From the human T2T-CHM13v2.0 reference genome, Homo sapiens, in the NCBI RefSeq assembly GCF_009914755.1, contig NC_060944.1: a stretch of DNA of 64,000 nt; one strand, 5' to 3'. Positions 34,401 through 49,400 of this stretch are shown here, piece by piece (within the stretch, counting starts at the first letter, position 1; the number at the start of each line of letters is the position of its first letter). Made by a program: the position numbers and the translations under genes. Below the pieces are notes generated by a model. That model did no database searches and was not told where the DNA came from. It saw only the letters and a list, made by a program, of their open reading frames with translations.

Positions 34401-37400
34401 ATTTGGATAGCTTTGAGGCTTTCATTGGAAACGGGAATATCTACACATAAGAACTAGACAGAAGCATTCTCAGAAAGTTCTTTATGAAGTTCGCATTCAA
34501 CTCACAGAGTTGTACCTTCCTTTTCACACAGCAGTTTTGAGACATTCTTTTTGTAGAATCTGCAAGTGGACATTTGGAGTGATTTGAGACTTAGGGTGAA
34601 AAAGGGATATCTTCCCGTAAAAAGTTGACAGAAGCATTCTCAGAAACGACGTTCTGATTTGTGTACTCAACTCACAGAGTTAAACCTTTCCTTTGATACA
34701 GCAGTTTGGAAACACTCTTCTTGTAGAATTTACAAGCGGATATAAGGACAGCAGTGAGGAATTCATCGGAAACGGAATATCTTCACATAAAAGTAGACAG
34801 AAGCATTCTCAGAAAGTTCTTTGTAATGTGTGCATTCAACTCACAGAGTTGAAACTTTCTTTTGATGGAGCAGATTGGAAGCCCTCTTTTTGTAGAATTT
34901 GCAAGTGGATATCTGGACAGCTTTGAGGCCTTCCCTGGAAACGAGTGTATCTTCACATAAACACTAGACAGAAGCATCCTCAGAAACTTGTTGGTGATGC
35001 TTGCATTCAACTCACAGAATTGAACATTTCTTTTCCTAGAGCAGTTTTGAAACACTCTTTTTGTAGTATCTGGAAGTGGACAGTTGGAGCACTTTGAGGA
35101 CTAGGGTGAAAAAGGAAATATCTTCACATAAAAACTAGACAGAAGCATTCTCTGAAACTTCTTGGTTATGTGTGTACTCAACTCACAGAGTTGAACTTAT
35201 CTTCTCATAGATCAGATTTGAAACCCTCTTTTTGTAGAGTCTGCAAGTGCATATTTGGATAGCTTTGAGGATTTCATTGGAAACGGGAATATCTTCCCAT
35301 AAAAACTAGAAAGAAGCATTCTCAGAAACTTCTTTGTGATGTTTGCATTCAACTCACTGAGTTGAACATTCCCTTTCATACAGCAGTTTTCAAACACTCT
35401 TTTTGTAGTATCTGGAAGTGGACCTTTGGAGCGCTTTGAGGCCTAGGGTGAAAAAGGAAATATCCTCACCTAAAAACTAGACAGAAGCATTCTCAGAAAC
35501 TTCTTTGTGATGTGTGTGGTCAACTCACAGAGCTGAACCTTTCTTTTGATACAGCAGTTTTGAAGCACACTTTTTGTAGAATCTGCAAGTGGTTATTTGG
35601 ATAGCTTTGAGGCTTTGATTGGAAACGGGAATATCTTCACATAACAACTAGACAGAAGCATTCTCAGAAACTTGTTTATGAAGTTTGCATTCAACTCACA
35701 GAGTTGAACTTTCCGTTCCATACAGCGGTTTTGAAACTCTCTTTTTCTAGAATGTGTAAGTGGAAACTTGGAGCGCTTCGAGGCCTATGGTGAAAAAGGG
35801 AATATCTTCCCATAAAAAGTAGACAGAAGAATTCTCAGTAACTACTTTGTGATGTGTGTACTCAACTCACAGAGTTGAACTTTTCTTTTGAAAGAGAAGT
35901 TTTGAAACACTCTTTTTGTAGAATCTGCAAATGGGTATTTAGCCTGCTGTGAGGCCTTCATTGGAAACGGGAATATCTTCACATAAAACTAGACAGAAGC
36001 ATTCTCAGAAACTTCGTTGTGATGTGTGCATTCAACTCCCAGAGTTGAACCTGTCTTTTGATAGAGCAGTTCTGAAACAATCTTTTTGTGGTATCTGGAA
36101 GTGGACGTTTGGAGCGATTCGAGGCCTATGGTGAAAAAGGCAATATCTTCACCTAAAAACTAGACAGAAGCATTCTCAGAAACTGCTTTGTGATATGTGT
36201 AGTGAACTCACAGATTTGAAACTTGGTTTTGATGCAGCAGTTTTGAAACACTCTTTTTGTTAGAATCTTCAAGTGGATATTTGGATAGCTTTGAGGCTTT
36301 CATTGGAAACGGGAATATCTACACATAAGAACTAGACAGAAGCATTCTCAGAAAGTTCTTTATGAAGTTCGCATTCAACTCACAGAGTTGTACCTTCCTG
36401 TTCACACAGCAGTTTTGAGACATTCTTTTTGTAGAATCTGCAAGTGGACATTTGGAGTGATTTGAGACTTAGGGTGAAAAAGGGATATCTTCCCATAAAA
36501 AGTTGACGGAAGCATTCTCAGAAACGACGTTGTGATTTGTGTACTCAACTCACAGAGTTAAACCTTTCCTTTGATACAGCAGTTTGGAAACACTCTTCTT
36601 GTAGAATTTACAAGCGGATATAAGGACTGCAGTGAGGAATTCATCGGAAACGGAATATCTTCACATAAAAGTAGACAGAAGCATTCTCAGAAAGTTCTTT
36701 GTAATGTGTGCATTCAACTCACAGAGTTGAAACTTTCTTTTGATGGAGCAGATTGGAAGCCCTCTTTTTGTAGAATTTGCAAGTGGATATCAGGACAGTT
36801 TTGAGGCCTTCTCTGGAAACGAGTGTATCTTCACATAAACACTAGACAGAAGCATCCTCAGAAACTTGTTGGTGATGCTTGCATTCAACTCACAGAATTG
36901 AACATTTCTTTTCCTAGAGCAGTTTTGAAACACTCTTTTTGTAGTATCTGGAAGTGGACAGTTGGAGCACTTTGAGGCCTAGGGTGAAAAAGGAAATATC
37001 TTCACATAAAAACTAGACAGAAGCATTCTCTGAAACTTCTTGGTTATGTGTGTACTCAACTCACAGAGTTGAACTTATCTTCTCATAGATCAGATTTGAA
37101 ACCCTCTTTTTGTAGAGTCTGCAAGTGCATATTTGGATAGCTTTGAGGATTTCATTGGAAACGGGAATATCTTCCCATAAAAACTAGAAAGAAGCATTCT
37201 CAGAAACTTCTTTGTGATGCTTGCATTCAACTCACTGAGTTGAACATTCCCTTTCATACAGCAGTTCTCAAACACTCTTTTTGTAGTATCTGGAAGTGGA
37301 CCTTTGGAGCGCTTTGAGGCCTAGGGTGAAAAAGGAAATATCCTCAACTAAAAACTAGACAGAAGCATTCTCAGAAACTTCTTTGTGATGTGTGTAGTCA

Positions 37401-40400
37401 ACTCACAGAGTTGAACCTTTCTTTTGATACAGCACTTTTGAAACACTCTTTTTGTAGAATCTGCAAGTGGTTATTTGGATAGCTTTGAGGCTTTGATTGG
37501 AAACGGGAATATCTTCACAGAAAAACTAGACAGAAGCATTCTCAGAAACTTCTTTATGAAGTTTGCATTCAACTCACAGAGTTGAAGTTTCCGTTCCATA
37601 CAGCAGTTTTGAAACTCTCTTTTTCTAGAATCTGTAAGTGGAAACTTGGAGCGCTTCGAGGCCTATGGTGGAAAAGGGAATATCTTCCCATAAAAAGTAG
37701 ACAGAAGAATTCTCAGTAACTACTTTGTGATGTGTGTACTCAACTCACAGAGTTGAACTTTTCTTTTGAAAGAGAAGTTTTGAAACACTCTTTTTGTAGA
37801 ATCTGCAAATGGGTATTTAGCCTGCTTTGAGGCCTTCATTGGAAACGGGAATATCTTCACATAAAACTAGACAGAAGCATTCTCAGAAACTTCGTTGTGA
37901 TGTGTGCATTCAACTCCCAGAGTTGAAGCTCTCTTTTGATAGAGCAGTTCTGAAACAATCTTTTTGTGGTATCTGGAAGTGGACGTTTGGAGCGATTCGA
38001 GGCCTATGGTGAAAAAGGCAATATCTTCACCTAAAAATTCGACAGAAGCATTCTCAGAAACTGCTTTGTGATATGTGTAGTCAACTCACAGATTTGAAAC
38101 GTGGTTTTGATGCAGCAGTTTTGAAACACTCTTTTTGTTAGAATCTTCAAGTGGATATTTGGATAGCTTTGAGGCTTTCATTGGAAAAGGGAATATCTAC
38201 ACATAAGAACTAGACAGAAGCATTCTCAGAAAGTTCTTTATGAAGTTCGCATTCAACTCACAGAGTTGTACCTTCCTTTTCACACAGCAGTTTTGAGACA
38301 TTCTTTTTGTAGAATCTGCAAGTGGACATTTGGAGTGATTTGAGACATAGGGTGAAAAAGGGATATCTTCCCATAAAAAGTTGACAGAAGCATTCTCAGA
38401 AACGACGTTCAGATTTGTGTACTCAACTCACAGAGTTAAACCTTTCCTTTGATACAGCAGTGTGGAAACACTCTTCTTGTAGAATTTACAAACAGATATA
38501 AGGACAGCACTGAGGAATTCATCGGAAACGGAATATCTTCACATAAAAGTAGACAGAAGCATTCTCAGAAAGTTCTTTGTAATGTGTGCATTCAACTCAC
38601 AGAGTTGAAACTTTCTTTTGATGGAGCAGATTGGAAGCCCTCTTTTTGTAGAATTTGCAAGTGGATATCTGGACAGCTTTGAGGCCTTCCCTGGAAACGA
38701 GTGTATCTTCACATAAACACTAGACAGAAGCATCCTCAGAAACTTGTTGGTGATGCTTGCATTCAACTCACAGAATTGAACATTTCTTTTCCTAGAGCAG
38801 CTTTGAAACACTCTTTTTGTAGTATCTGGAAGTGGACAGTTGGAGCACTTTGAGGCCTAGGGTGAAAAAGGAAATATCTTCACATAAAAACTAGACAGAA
38901 GCATTCTCTGAAACTTCTTGGTTATGTGTGTACTCAACTCACAGAGTTGAACTTATCTTCTCATAGATCAGATTTGAAACCCTCTTTTTGTAGAGTCTGC
39001 AAGTGCATATTTGGATAGCTTTGAGGATTTCATTGGAAACGGGAATATCTTCCCATAAAAACTAGAAAGAAGCATTCTGAGAAACTTCTTTGTGATGCTT
39101 GCATTCAACTCACTGAGTTGAACATTCCCTTTCATACAGCAGTTCTCAAACACTCTTTTTGTAGTATCTGGAAGTGGACCTTTGGAGCGCTTTGAGGCCT
39201 AGGGTGAAAAAGGAAATATCCTCACCTAAAAACTAGACAGAAGCATTCTCAGAAACTTCTTTGTGATGTGTGTAGTCAACTCACAGAGTTGAATCTTTCT
39301 TTTGATACAGCACTTTTGAAACACTCTTTTTGTAGAATCTGCAAGTGGTTATTTTGATAGCTTTGAGGCTTTGATTGGAAACGGGAATATCTTCACAGAA
39401 AAACTAGACAGAAGCATTCTCAGAAACTTCTTTATGAAGTTTGCATTCAACTCACAGAGTTGAAGTTTCCGTTCCATACAGCAGTTTTGAAACTCTCTTT
39501 TTCTAGAATCTGTAAGTGGAAACTTGGAGCGCTTCGAGGCCTATGGTGGAAAAGGGAATATCTTCCCATAAAAAGTAGACAGAAGAATTCTCAGTAACTA
39601 CTTTGTGATGTGTGTACTCAACTCACAGAGTTGAACTTTTCTTTTGAAAGAGAAGTTTTGAAACACTCTTTTTGTAGAATCTGCAAATGGGTATTTAGCC
39701 TGCTTTGAGGCCTTCATTGGAAACGGGAATATCTTCACATAAAACTAGACAGAAGCATTCTCAGAAACTTCGTTGTGATGTGTGCATTCAACTCCCAGAG
39801 TTGAAGCTCTCTTTTGATAGAGCAGTTCTGAAACAATCTTTTTGTGGTATCTGGAAGTGGACGTTTGGAGCGATTCGAGGCCTATGGTGAAAAAGGCAAT
39901 ATCTTCACCTAAAAATTAGACAGAAGCATTCTCAGAAACTGCTTTGTGATATGTGTAGTCAACTCACAGATTTGAAACGTGGTTTTGATGCAGCAGTTTT
40001 GAAACACTCTTTTTGTTAGAATCTTCAAGTGGATATTTAGATAGCTTTGAGGCTTTCATTGGAAACGGGAATATCTACACATAAGAACTAGACAGAAGCA
40101 TTCTCAGAAAGTTCTTTATGAAGTTCGCATTCAACTCACAGAGTTGTACCTTCCTTTTCACACAGCAGTTTTGAGACATTCTTTTTGTAGAATCTGCAAG
40201 TGGACATTTGGAGTGATTTGAGACTTAGGGTGAAAAAGGGATATCTTCCCATAAAAAGTTGACAGAAGCATTCTGAGAAACGACTTTCTGATTTGTGTAC
40301 TCAACTCACAGAGTTAAACCTTTCCTTTGATACAGCAGTTTGGAAACACTCTTCTTGTAGAATTTACAAGCGGATATAAGGACTGCAGTGAGGAATTCAT

Positions 40401-43400
40401 CGGAAACGGAATATCTTCACATAAAAGTAGACAGAAGCATTCTCAGAAAGTTCTTTGTAATGTGTGCATTCAACTCACAGAGTTGAAACTTTCTTTTGAT
40501 GGAGCAGATTGGAAGCCCTCTTTTTGTAGAATTTGCAAGTGGATATCTGGACAGCTTTGAGGCCTTCCCTGGAAACGAGTGTATCTTCACATAAACACTA
40601 GACAGAAGCATCCTCAGAAACTTGTTGGTGATGCTTGCATTCAACTCACAGAATTGAACATTTCTTTTCCTAGAGCAGTTTTGAAACACTCTTTTTGTAG
40701 TATCTGGAAGTGGACAGTTGGAGCACTTTGAGGACTAGGGTGAAAAAGGAAATATCTTCACATAAAAACTAGACAGAAGCATTCTCTGAAACTTCTTGGT
40801 TATGTGTGTACTCAAATCACAGAGTTGAACTTATCTTCTCATAGATCAGATTTGAAACCCTCTTTTTGTAGAGTCTGCAAGTGCATATTTGGATAACTTT
40901 GAGGATTTCATTGGAAACGGGAATATCTTCCCATAAAAACTAGAAAGAAGCATTCTCAGAAACTTCTTTGTGATGCTTGCATTCAACTCACTGAGTTGAA
41001 CATTCCCTTTCATACAGCAGTTTTCAAACACTCTTTTTGTAGTATCTGGAAGTGGACCTTTGGAGCGCTTTGAGGCCTAGGGTGAAAAAGGAAATATCCT
41101 CACCTAAAAACTAGACAGAAGCATTCACAGAAACTTCTTTGTGATGTGTGTAGTCAACTCACAGAGTTGAACCTTTCTTTTGATACAGCACTTTTGAAAC
41201 ACTCTTTTTGTAGAATCTGCAAGTGGTTATTTGGATAGCTTTGAGGCTTTGATTGGAAACGGGAATATCTTCACAGAAAAACTAGACAGAAGCATTCTCA
41301 GAAACTTCTTTATGAAGTTTGCATTCAACTCACAGAGTTGAAGTTTCCGTTCCATACAGCAGTTTTGAAACTCTCTTTTTCTAGAATCTGTAAGTGGAAA
41401 CTTGGAGCGCTTCGAGGCCTATGGTGGAAAAGGGAATATCTTCCCATAAAAAGTAGACAGAAGAATTCTCAGTAACTTCTTTGTGATGTGTGTACTCAAC
41501 TCACAGAGTTGAACTTTTCTTTTGAAAGAGAAGTTTTGAAACACTCTTTTTGTAGAATCTGCAAATGGGTATTTAGCCTGCTTTGAGGCCTTCATTGGAA
41601 ACGGGAATATCTTCACATAAAACTAGACAGAAGCATTCTCAGAAACTTCGTTGTGATGTGTGCATTCAACTCCCAGAGTTGAAGCTCTCTTTTGATAGAG
41701 CAGTTCTGAAACAATCTTTTTGTGGTATCTGGAAGTGGACGTTTGGAGCGATTCGAGGCCTATGGTGAAAAAGGCAATATCTTCACCTAAAAATTAGACA
41801 GAAGCATTCTCAGAAACTGCTTTGTGATATGTGCAGTCAAGTCACAGATTTGAAACGTGGTTTTCATGCAGCAGTTTTGAAACACTCTTTTTGTTAGAAT
41901 CTTCAAGAGAATATTTGGATAGCTTTGAGGCTTTCATTGGAAACGGGAATATCTACACATAAGAACTAGACAGAAGCATTCTCAGAAAGTTCTTTATGAA
42001 GTTCGCATTCAACTCACAGAGTTGTACCTTCCTTTTCACACAGCAGTTTTGAGACATTCTTTTTGTAGAATCTGCAAGTGGACATTTGGAGTGATTTGAG
42101 ACTTAGGGTGAAAAAGGGATATCTTCCCGTAAAAAGTTGACAGAAGCATTCTCAGAAACGACTTTTTGATTTGTGTACTCAACTCACAGAGTTAAACCTT
42201 TCCTTTGATACAGCAGTGTGGAAACACTATTCTTGTAGAATTTACAAGCGGATATAAGGACTGCAGTGAGGAATTCATCGGAAACGGAATATCTTCACAT
42301 AAAAGTAGACAGAAGCATTCTCAGAAAGTTCTTTGTAATGTGTGCATTCAACTCACAGAGTTGAAACTTTCTTTTGATGGAGCAGATTGGAAGCCCTCTT
42401 TTTGTAGAATTTGCAAGTGGATATCTGGACAGCTTTGAGGCCTTCCCTGGAAACGAGTGTATCTTCACATAAACACTAGACAGAAGCATCCTCAGAAACT
42501 TGTTGGTGATGCTTGCATTCAACTCACAGAATTGAACATTTCTTTTCCTAGAGCAGTTTTGAAACACTCTTTTTGTAGTATCTGGAAGTGGACAGTTGGA
42601 GCACTTTGAGGCCTAGGGTGAAAAAGGAAATATCTTCACATAAAAACTAGACAGAAGCATTCTCTGAAACTTCTTGGTAATGTGTGTACTCAACTCACAG
42701 AGTTGAACTTATCTTCTCATAGATCAGATTTGAAACCCTCTTTTTGTAGAGTCTGCAAGTGCATATTTGGATAGCTTTGAGGATTTCATTGGAAACGGGA
42801 ATATCTTCCCATAAAAACCAGAAAGAAGCATTCTCAGAAACTTCTTTGTGATGCTTGCATTCAACTCACTGAGTTGAACATTCCCTTTCATACAGCAGTT
42901 CTCAAACACTCTTTTTGTAGTATCTGGAAGTGGACCTTTGGAGCGCTTTGAGGCCTAGGGTGAAAAAGGAAATATCCTCACCTAAAAACTAGACAGAAGC
43001 ATTCTCAGAAACTTCTTTGTGATGTGTGTAGTCAACTCACAGAGTTGAACCTTTCTTTTGATACAGCACTTTTGAAACACTCTTTTTGTAGAATCTGCAA
43101 GTGGTTATTTTGATAGCTTTGAGGCTTTGATTGGAAACGGGAATATCTTCACAGAAAAACTAGACAGAAGCATTCTCAGAAACTTCTTTATGAAGTTTCC
43201 ATTCAACTCACAGAGTTGAAGTTTCCGTTCCATACAGCAGTTTTGAAACTCTCTTTTTCTAGAATCTGTAAGTGGAAACTTGGAGCGCTTCGAGGCCTAT
43301 GGTGGAAAAGGGAATATCTTCCCATAAAAAGTAGACAGAAGAATTCTCAGTAACTTCTTTGTGATGTGTGTACTCAACTCACAGAGTTGAACTTTTCTTT

Positions 43401-46400
43401 TGAAAGAGAAGTTTTGAAACACTCTTTTTGTAGAATCTGCAAATGGGTATTTAGCCTGCTTTGAGGCCTTCATTGGAAACGGGAATATCTTCACATAAAA
43501 CTAGACAGAAGCATTCTCAGAAACTTCGTTGTGATGTGTGCATTCAACTCCCAGAGTTGAAGCTCTCTTTTGATAGAGCAGTTCTGAAACAATCTTTTTG
43601 TGGTATCTGGAAGTGGACGTTTGGAGCGATTCGAGGCCTATGGTGAAAAAGGCAATATCTTCACCTAAAAATTAGACAGAAGCATTCTCAGAAACTGCTT
43701 TGTGATATGTGCAGTCAAGTCACAGATTTGAAACGTGGTTTTGATGCAGCAGTTTTGAAACACTCTTTTTGTTAGAATCTTCAAGTGGATATTTGGATAG
43801 CTTTGAGGCTTTCATTGGAAACGGGAATATCTACACATAAGAACTAGACAGAAGCATTCTCAGAAAGTTCTTTATGAAGTTCGCATTCAACTCACAGAGT
43901 TGTACCTTCCTTTTCACACAGCAGTTTTGAGACATTCTTTTTGTAGAATCTGCAAGTGGACATTTGGAGTGATTTGAGACTTAGTGTGAAAAAGGGATAT
44001 CTTCCCGTAAAAAGTTGACAGAAGCATTCTCAGAAACGATTTTTGATTTGTGTACTCAACTCACAGAGTTAAACCTTTCCTTTGATACAGCAGTTTGGAC
44101 ACACTCTTCTTGTAGAATTTACAAGCGGATATAAGGACTGCAGTGAGGAATTCATCGGAAACGGAATATCTTCACATAAAAGTAGACAGAAGCATTCTCA
44201 GAAAGTTCTTTGTAATGTGTGCATTCAACTCACAGAGTTGAAACTTTCTTTTGATGGAGCAGATTGGAAGCCCTCTTTTTGTAGAATTTGCAAGTGGATA
44301 TCCGGACAGCTTTGAGGCCTTCCCTGGAAACGAGTGTATCTTCACATAAACACTAGACAGAAGCATCCTCAGAAACTTGTTGGTGATGCTTGCATTCAAC
44401 TCACAGAATTGAACATTTCTTTTCCTAGAGCAGTTTTGAAACACTCTTTTTGTAGTATCTGGAAGTGGACAGTTGGAGCACTTTGAGGCCTAGGGTGAAA
44501 AAGGAAATATCTTCACATAAAAACTAGACAGAAGCATTCTCTGAAACTTCTTGGTTATGTGTGTACTCAACTCACAGAGTTGAACTTATCTTCTCATAGA
44601 TCAGATTTGAAACCCTCTTTTTGTAGAGTCTGCAAGTGCATATTTGGATAGCTTTGAGGATTTCATTGGAAACGGGAATATCTTCCCATAAAAATTAGAA
44701 AGAAGCATTCTCAGAAACTTCTTTGTGATGCTTGCATTCAACTCACTGTGTTGAACATTCCCTTTCGTACAGCAGTTCTCAAACACTCTTTTTGTAGTAT
44801 CTGGAAGTGGACATTTGGAGCGCTTTGAGGCCTAGGGTGAAAAAGGAAATATCCTCACCTAAAAACTAGACAGAAGCATTCTCAGAAACTTCTTTGTGAT
44901 GTGTCTAGTCAACTCACAGAGTTGAACCTTTCTTTTGATACAGCACTTTTGAAACACTCTTTTTGTAGAATCTGCAAGTGGTTATTTTGATAGCTTTGAG
45001 GCTTTGATTGGAAACGGGAATATCTTCACATAAAAACTAGACAGAAGCATTCTCAGAAACTTCTCTATGAAGTTTGCATTCAACTCACAGAGTTGAACTT
45101 TCCGTTCCATACAGCAGTTTTGAAACTCTCTTTTTCTAGAATCTGTAAGTGGAAACTTGGAGCGCTTCGAGGCCTATGGTGGAAAAGGGAATATCTTCCC
45201 ATAAAAAGTAGACAGAAGAATTCTCAGTAACTACTTTGTGATGTGTGTACTCAACTCACAGAGTTGAACTTTTCTTTTGAAAGAGAAGTTTTGAAACACT
45301 CTTTTTGTAGGATCTGCAAATGGGTATTTAGCCTGCTTTGAGGCCTTCATTGGAAACGGGAATATCTTCACATAAAACTAGACAGAAGCATTCTCAGAAA
45401 CTTCGTTGTGATGTGTGCATTCAACTCCCAGAGTTGAAGCTCTCTTTTGATAGAGCAGTTCTGAAACAATCTTTTTGTGGTATCTGGAAGTGGACGTTTG
45501 GAGCGATTCGAGGCCTATGGTGAAAAAGGCAATATCTTCACCTAAAAATTAGACAGAAGCATTCTCAGAAACTGCTTTGTGATATGTGTAGTCAACTCAC
45601 AGATTTGAAACGTGATTTTGATGCAGCAGTTTTGAAACACTCTTTTTGTTAGAATCTTCAAGTGGATATTTGGATAGCTTTGAGGCTTTCATTGGAAACG
45701 GGAATATCTACACATAAGAACTAGACAGAAGCATTCTCAGAAAGTTCTTTATGAAGTTCGCATTCAACTCACAGAGTTGTACCTTCCTTTTCACACAGCA
45801 GTTTTGAGACATTCTTTTTGTAGAATCTGCAAGTGGACATTTGAAGTGATTTGAGACTTAGGGTGAAAAAGGGATATCTTCCCATAAAAAGTTGACAGAA
45901 GCATTCTCAGAAACGACTTTCTGATTTGTGTACTCAACTCACAGAGTTAAACCTTTCCTTTGATACAGCAGTTTGGAAACACTCTTCTTGTAGAATTTAC
46001 AAGCGGATATAAGGACTGCAGTGAGGAATTCATCGGAAACGGAATATCTTCACATAAAAGTAGACAGAAGCATTCTCAGAAAGTTCTTTGTAATGTGTGC
46101 ATTCAACTCACAGAGTTGAAACTTTCTTTTGATGGAGCAGATTGGAAGCCCTCTTTTTGTAGAATTTGCAAGTGGATATCTGGACAGCTTTGAGGCCTTC
46201 CCTGGAAACGAGTGTATCTTCACATAAACACTAGACAGAAGCATCCTCAGAAACTTGTTGGTGATGCTTGCATTCAACTCACAGAATTGAACATTTCTTT
46301 TCCTAGAGCAGTTTTGAAACACTCTTTTTGTAGTATCTGGAAGTGGACAGTGGGAGCACTTTGAGGCCTAGGGTGAAAAAGGAAATATCTTCACATAAAA

Positions 46401-49400
46401 ACTAGACAGAAGCATTCTCTGAAACTTCTTGGTTATGTGTGTACTCAACTCACAGAGTTGAACTTATCTTCTCATAGATCAGATTTGAAACCCTCTTTTT
46501 GTAGAGTCTGCAAGTGCATATTTGGATAGCTTTGAGGATTTCATTGGAAACGGGAATATCTTCCCATAAAAACTAGAAAGGAGCATTCTCAGAAACTTCT
46601 TTGTGATGCTTGCATTCAACTCACTGAGTTGAACATTCCCTTTCATACAGCAGTTCTCAAACACTCTTTTTGTAGTATCTGGAAGTGGACCTTTGGAGTG
46701 CTTTGAGGCCTAGGGTGAAAAAGGAAATATCCTCACCTAAAAACTAGACAGAAGCATTCTCAGAAACTTCTTTGTGATGTGTGTAGTCAACTCACAGAGT
46801 TGAAGCTTTCTTTTGATACAGCACTTTTGAAACACTCTTTTTGTAGAATCTGCAAGTGGTTATTTGGATAGCTTTGAGGCTTTGATTGGAAACGGGAATA
46901 TCTTCACAAAAAAACTAGACAGAAGCATTCTCAGAAACTTCTTTATGAAGTTTGCATTCAACTCACAGAGTTGAACTTTCCGTTCCATACAGCAGTTTTG
47001 AAACTCTCTTTTTCTAGAATCTGTAAGTGCAAACTTGGAGCGCTTCGAGGCCTATGTTGGAAAAGGGAATATCTTCCCAAAAAAAGTAGACAGAAGAATT
47101 CTCAGTAACTACTTTGTGATGTGTGTACTCAACTCACAGAGTTGAACTTTTCTTTTGAAAGAGAAGTTTTGAAACACTCTTTTTGTAGAATCTGCAAATG
47201 GGTATTTAGCCTGCTTTGAGGCCTTCATTGGAAACGGGAATATCTTCACATAAAACTAGACAGAAGCATTCTCAGAAACTTCGTTGTGATGTGTGCATTC
47301 AACTCCCAGAGTTGAAGCTCTCTTTTGATAGAGCAGTTCTGAAACAATCTTTTTGTGGTATCTGGAAGTGGACGTTTGGAGCGATTCGAGGCCTATGGTG
47401 AAAAAGGCAATATCTTCACCTAAAAATTAGACAGAAGCATTCTCAGAAACTGCTTTGTGATATGTGTAGTCAACTCACAGATTTGAAATTTGGTTTTGAT
47501 GCAGCAGTTTTGAAACACTCTTTTTGTTAGAATCTTCAAGTGGATATTTGGATAGCTTTGAGGCTTTCATTGGAAACGGGAATATCTACACATAAGAACT
47601 AGACAGAAGCATTCTCAGAAAGTTCTTTATGAAGTTCGCATTCAACTCACAGAGTTGTACCTTCATTTTCACACAGCAGTTTTGAGACATTCTTTTTGTA
47701 GAATCTGCAAGTGGACATTTGGAGTGATTTGAGACTTAGGGTGAAAAAGGGATATCTTCCCATAAAAAGTTGACAGAAGCATTCTCAGAAACGACTTTCT
47801 GATTTGTGTACTCAACTCACAGAGTTAAACCTTTCCTTTGATACAGCAGTTTGGAAACACTCTTCTTGTAGAATTTACAAGCGGATATAAGGACAGCAGT
47901 GAGGAATTCATCGGAAACGGAATATCTTCACATAAAAGTAGACAGAAGCATTCTCAGAAAGTTCTTTGTAATGTGTGCATTCAACTCACAGAGTTGAAAC
48001 TTTCTTTTGATAGAGCAGATTGGAAGCCCTCTTTTCGTAGAATTTGCAAGTGGATATCTGGACAGCTTTGAGGCCTTCCCTGGAAACGAGTGTATCTTCA
48101 CATAAACACTAGACAGAAGCATCCTCAGAAACTTGTTGGTGATGCTTGCATTCAACTCACAGAATTGAACTTTTCTTTTCCTAGAGCAGTTTTGAAACAC
48201 TCTTTTTGTAGTATCTGGTAGTGGACAGTTGGAGCACTTTGAGGCCTAGGGTGAAAAAGGAAATATCTTCACATAAAAACTAGACAGAAGCATTCTCTGA
48301 AACTTCTTGGTTATGTGTGTACTCAACTCACAGAGTTGAACTTATCTTCTCATAGATCAGATTTGAAACCCTCTTTTTGTAGAGTCTGCAAGTGCATATT
48401 TGGATAGCTTTGAGGATTTCATTGGAAACGGGAATATCTTCCCATAAAAACTAGAAAGAAGCATTCTCAGAAACTTCTTTGTGATGCTTGCATTCGACTC
48501 ACTGAGTTGAACATTCCCTTTCATACAGCAGTTCTCAAACACTCTTTTTGTAGTATCTGGAAGTGGACCTTTGGAGCGCTTTGAGGCCTAGGGTGAAAAA
48601 GGAAATATCCTCACCTAAAAACTAGACAGAAGCATTCTCAGAAACTTCTTTGTGATGTGTGTAGTCAACTCACAGAGTTGAAACTTTCTTTTGATACAGC
48701 ACTTTTGAAACACTCTTTTTGTAGAATCTGCAAGTGGTTATTTTGATAGCTTTGAGGCTTTGATTGGAAACGGGAATATCTTCACATAAAAACTAGACAG
48801 AAGCATTCTCAGAAACTTCTTTATGAAGTTTGCATTCAACTCACAGAGTTGAAGTTTCCGTTCCATACAGCAGTTTTGAAACTCTCTTTTTCTAGAATCT
48901 GTAAGTGGAAACTTGGAGCGCTTCGAGGCCTATGGTGGAAAAGGGAATATCTTCCCATAAAAAGTAGACAGAAGAATTCTCAGTAACTACTTTGTGATGT
49001 GTGTACTCAACTCACAGAGTTGAACTTTTCTTTTGAAAGAGAAGTTTTGAAACACTCTTTTTGTAGGATCTGCAAATGGGTATTTAGCCTGCTTTGAGGC
49101 CTTCATTGGAAACGGGAATATCTTCACATAAAACTAGACAGAAGCATTCTCAGAAACTTCGTTGTGATGTGTGCATTCAACTCCCAGAGTTGAAGCTCTC
49201 TTTTGATAGAGCAGTTCTGAAACAATCTTTTTGTGGTATCTGGAAGTGGACGTTTGGAGCGATTCGAGGCCTATGGTGAAAAAGGCAATATCTTCACCTA
49301 AAAATTAGACAGAGGCATTCTCAGAAACTGCTTTGTGATATGTGTAGTCAACTCACAGATTTGAAACGTGGTTTTGATGCAGCAGTTTTGAAACACTCTT

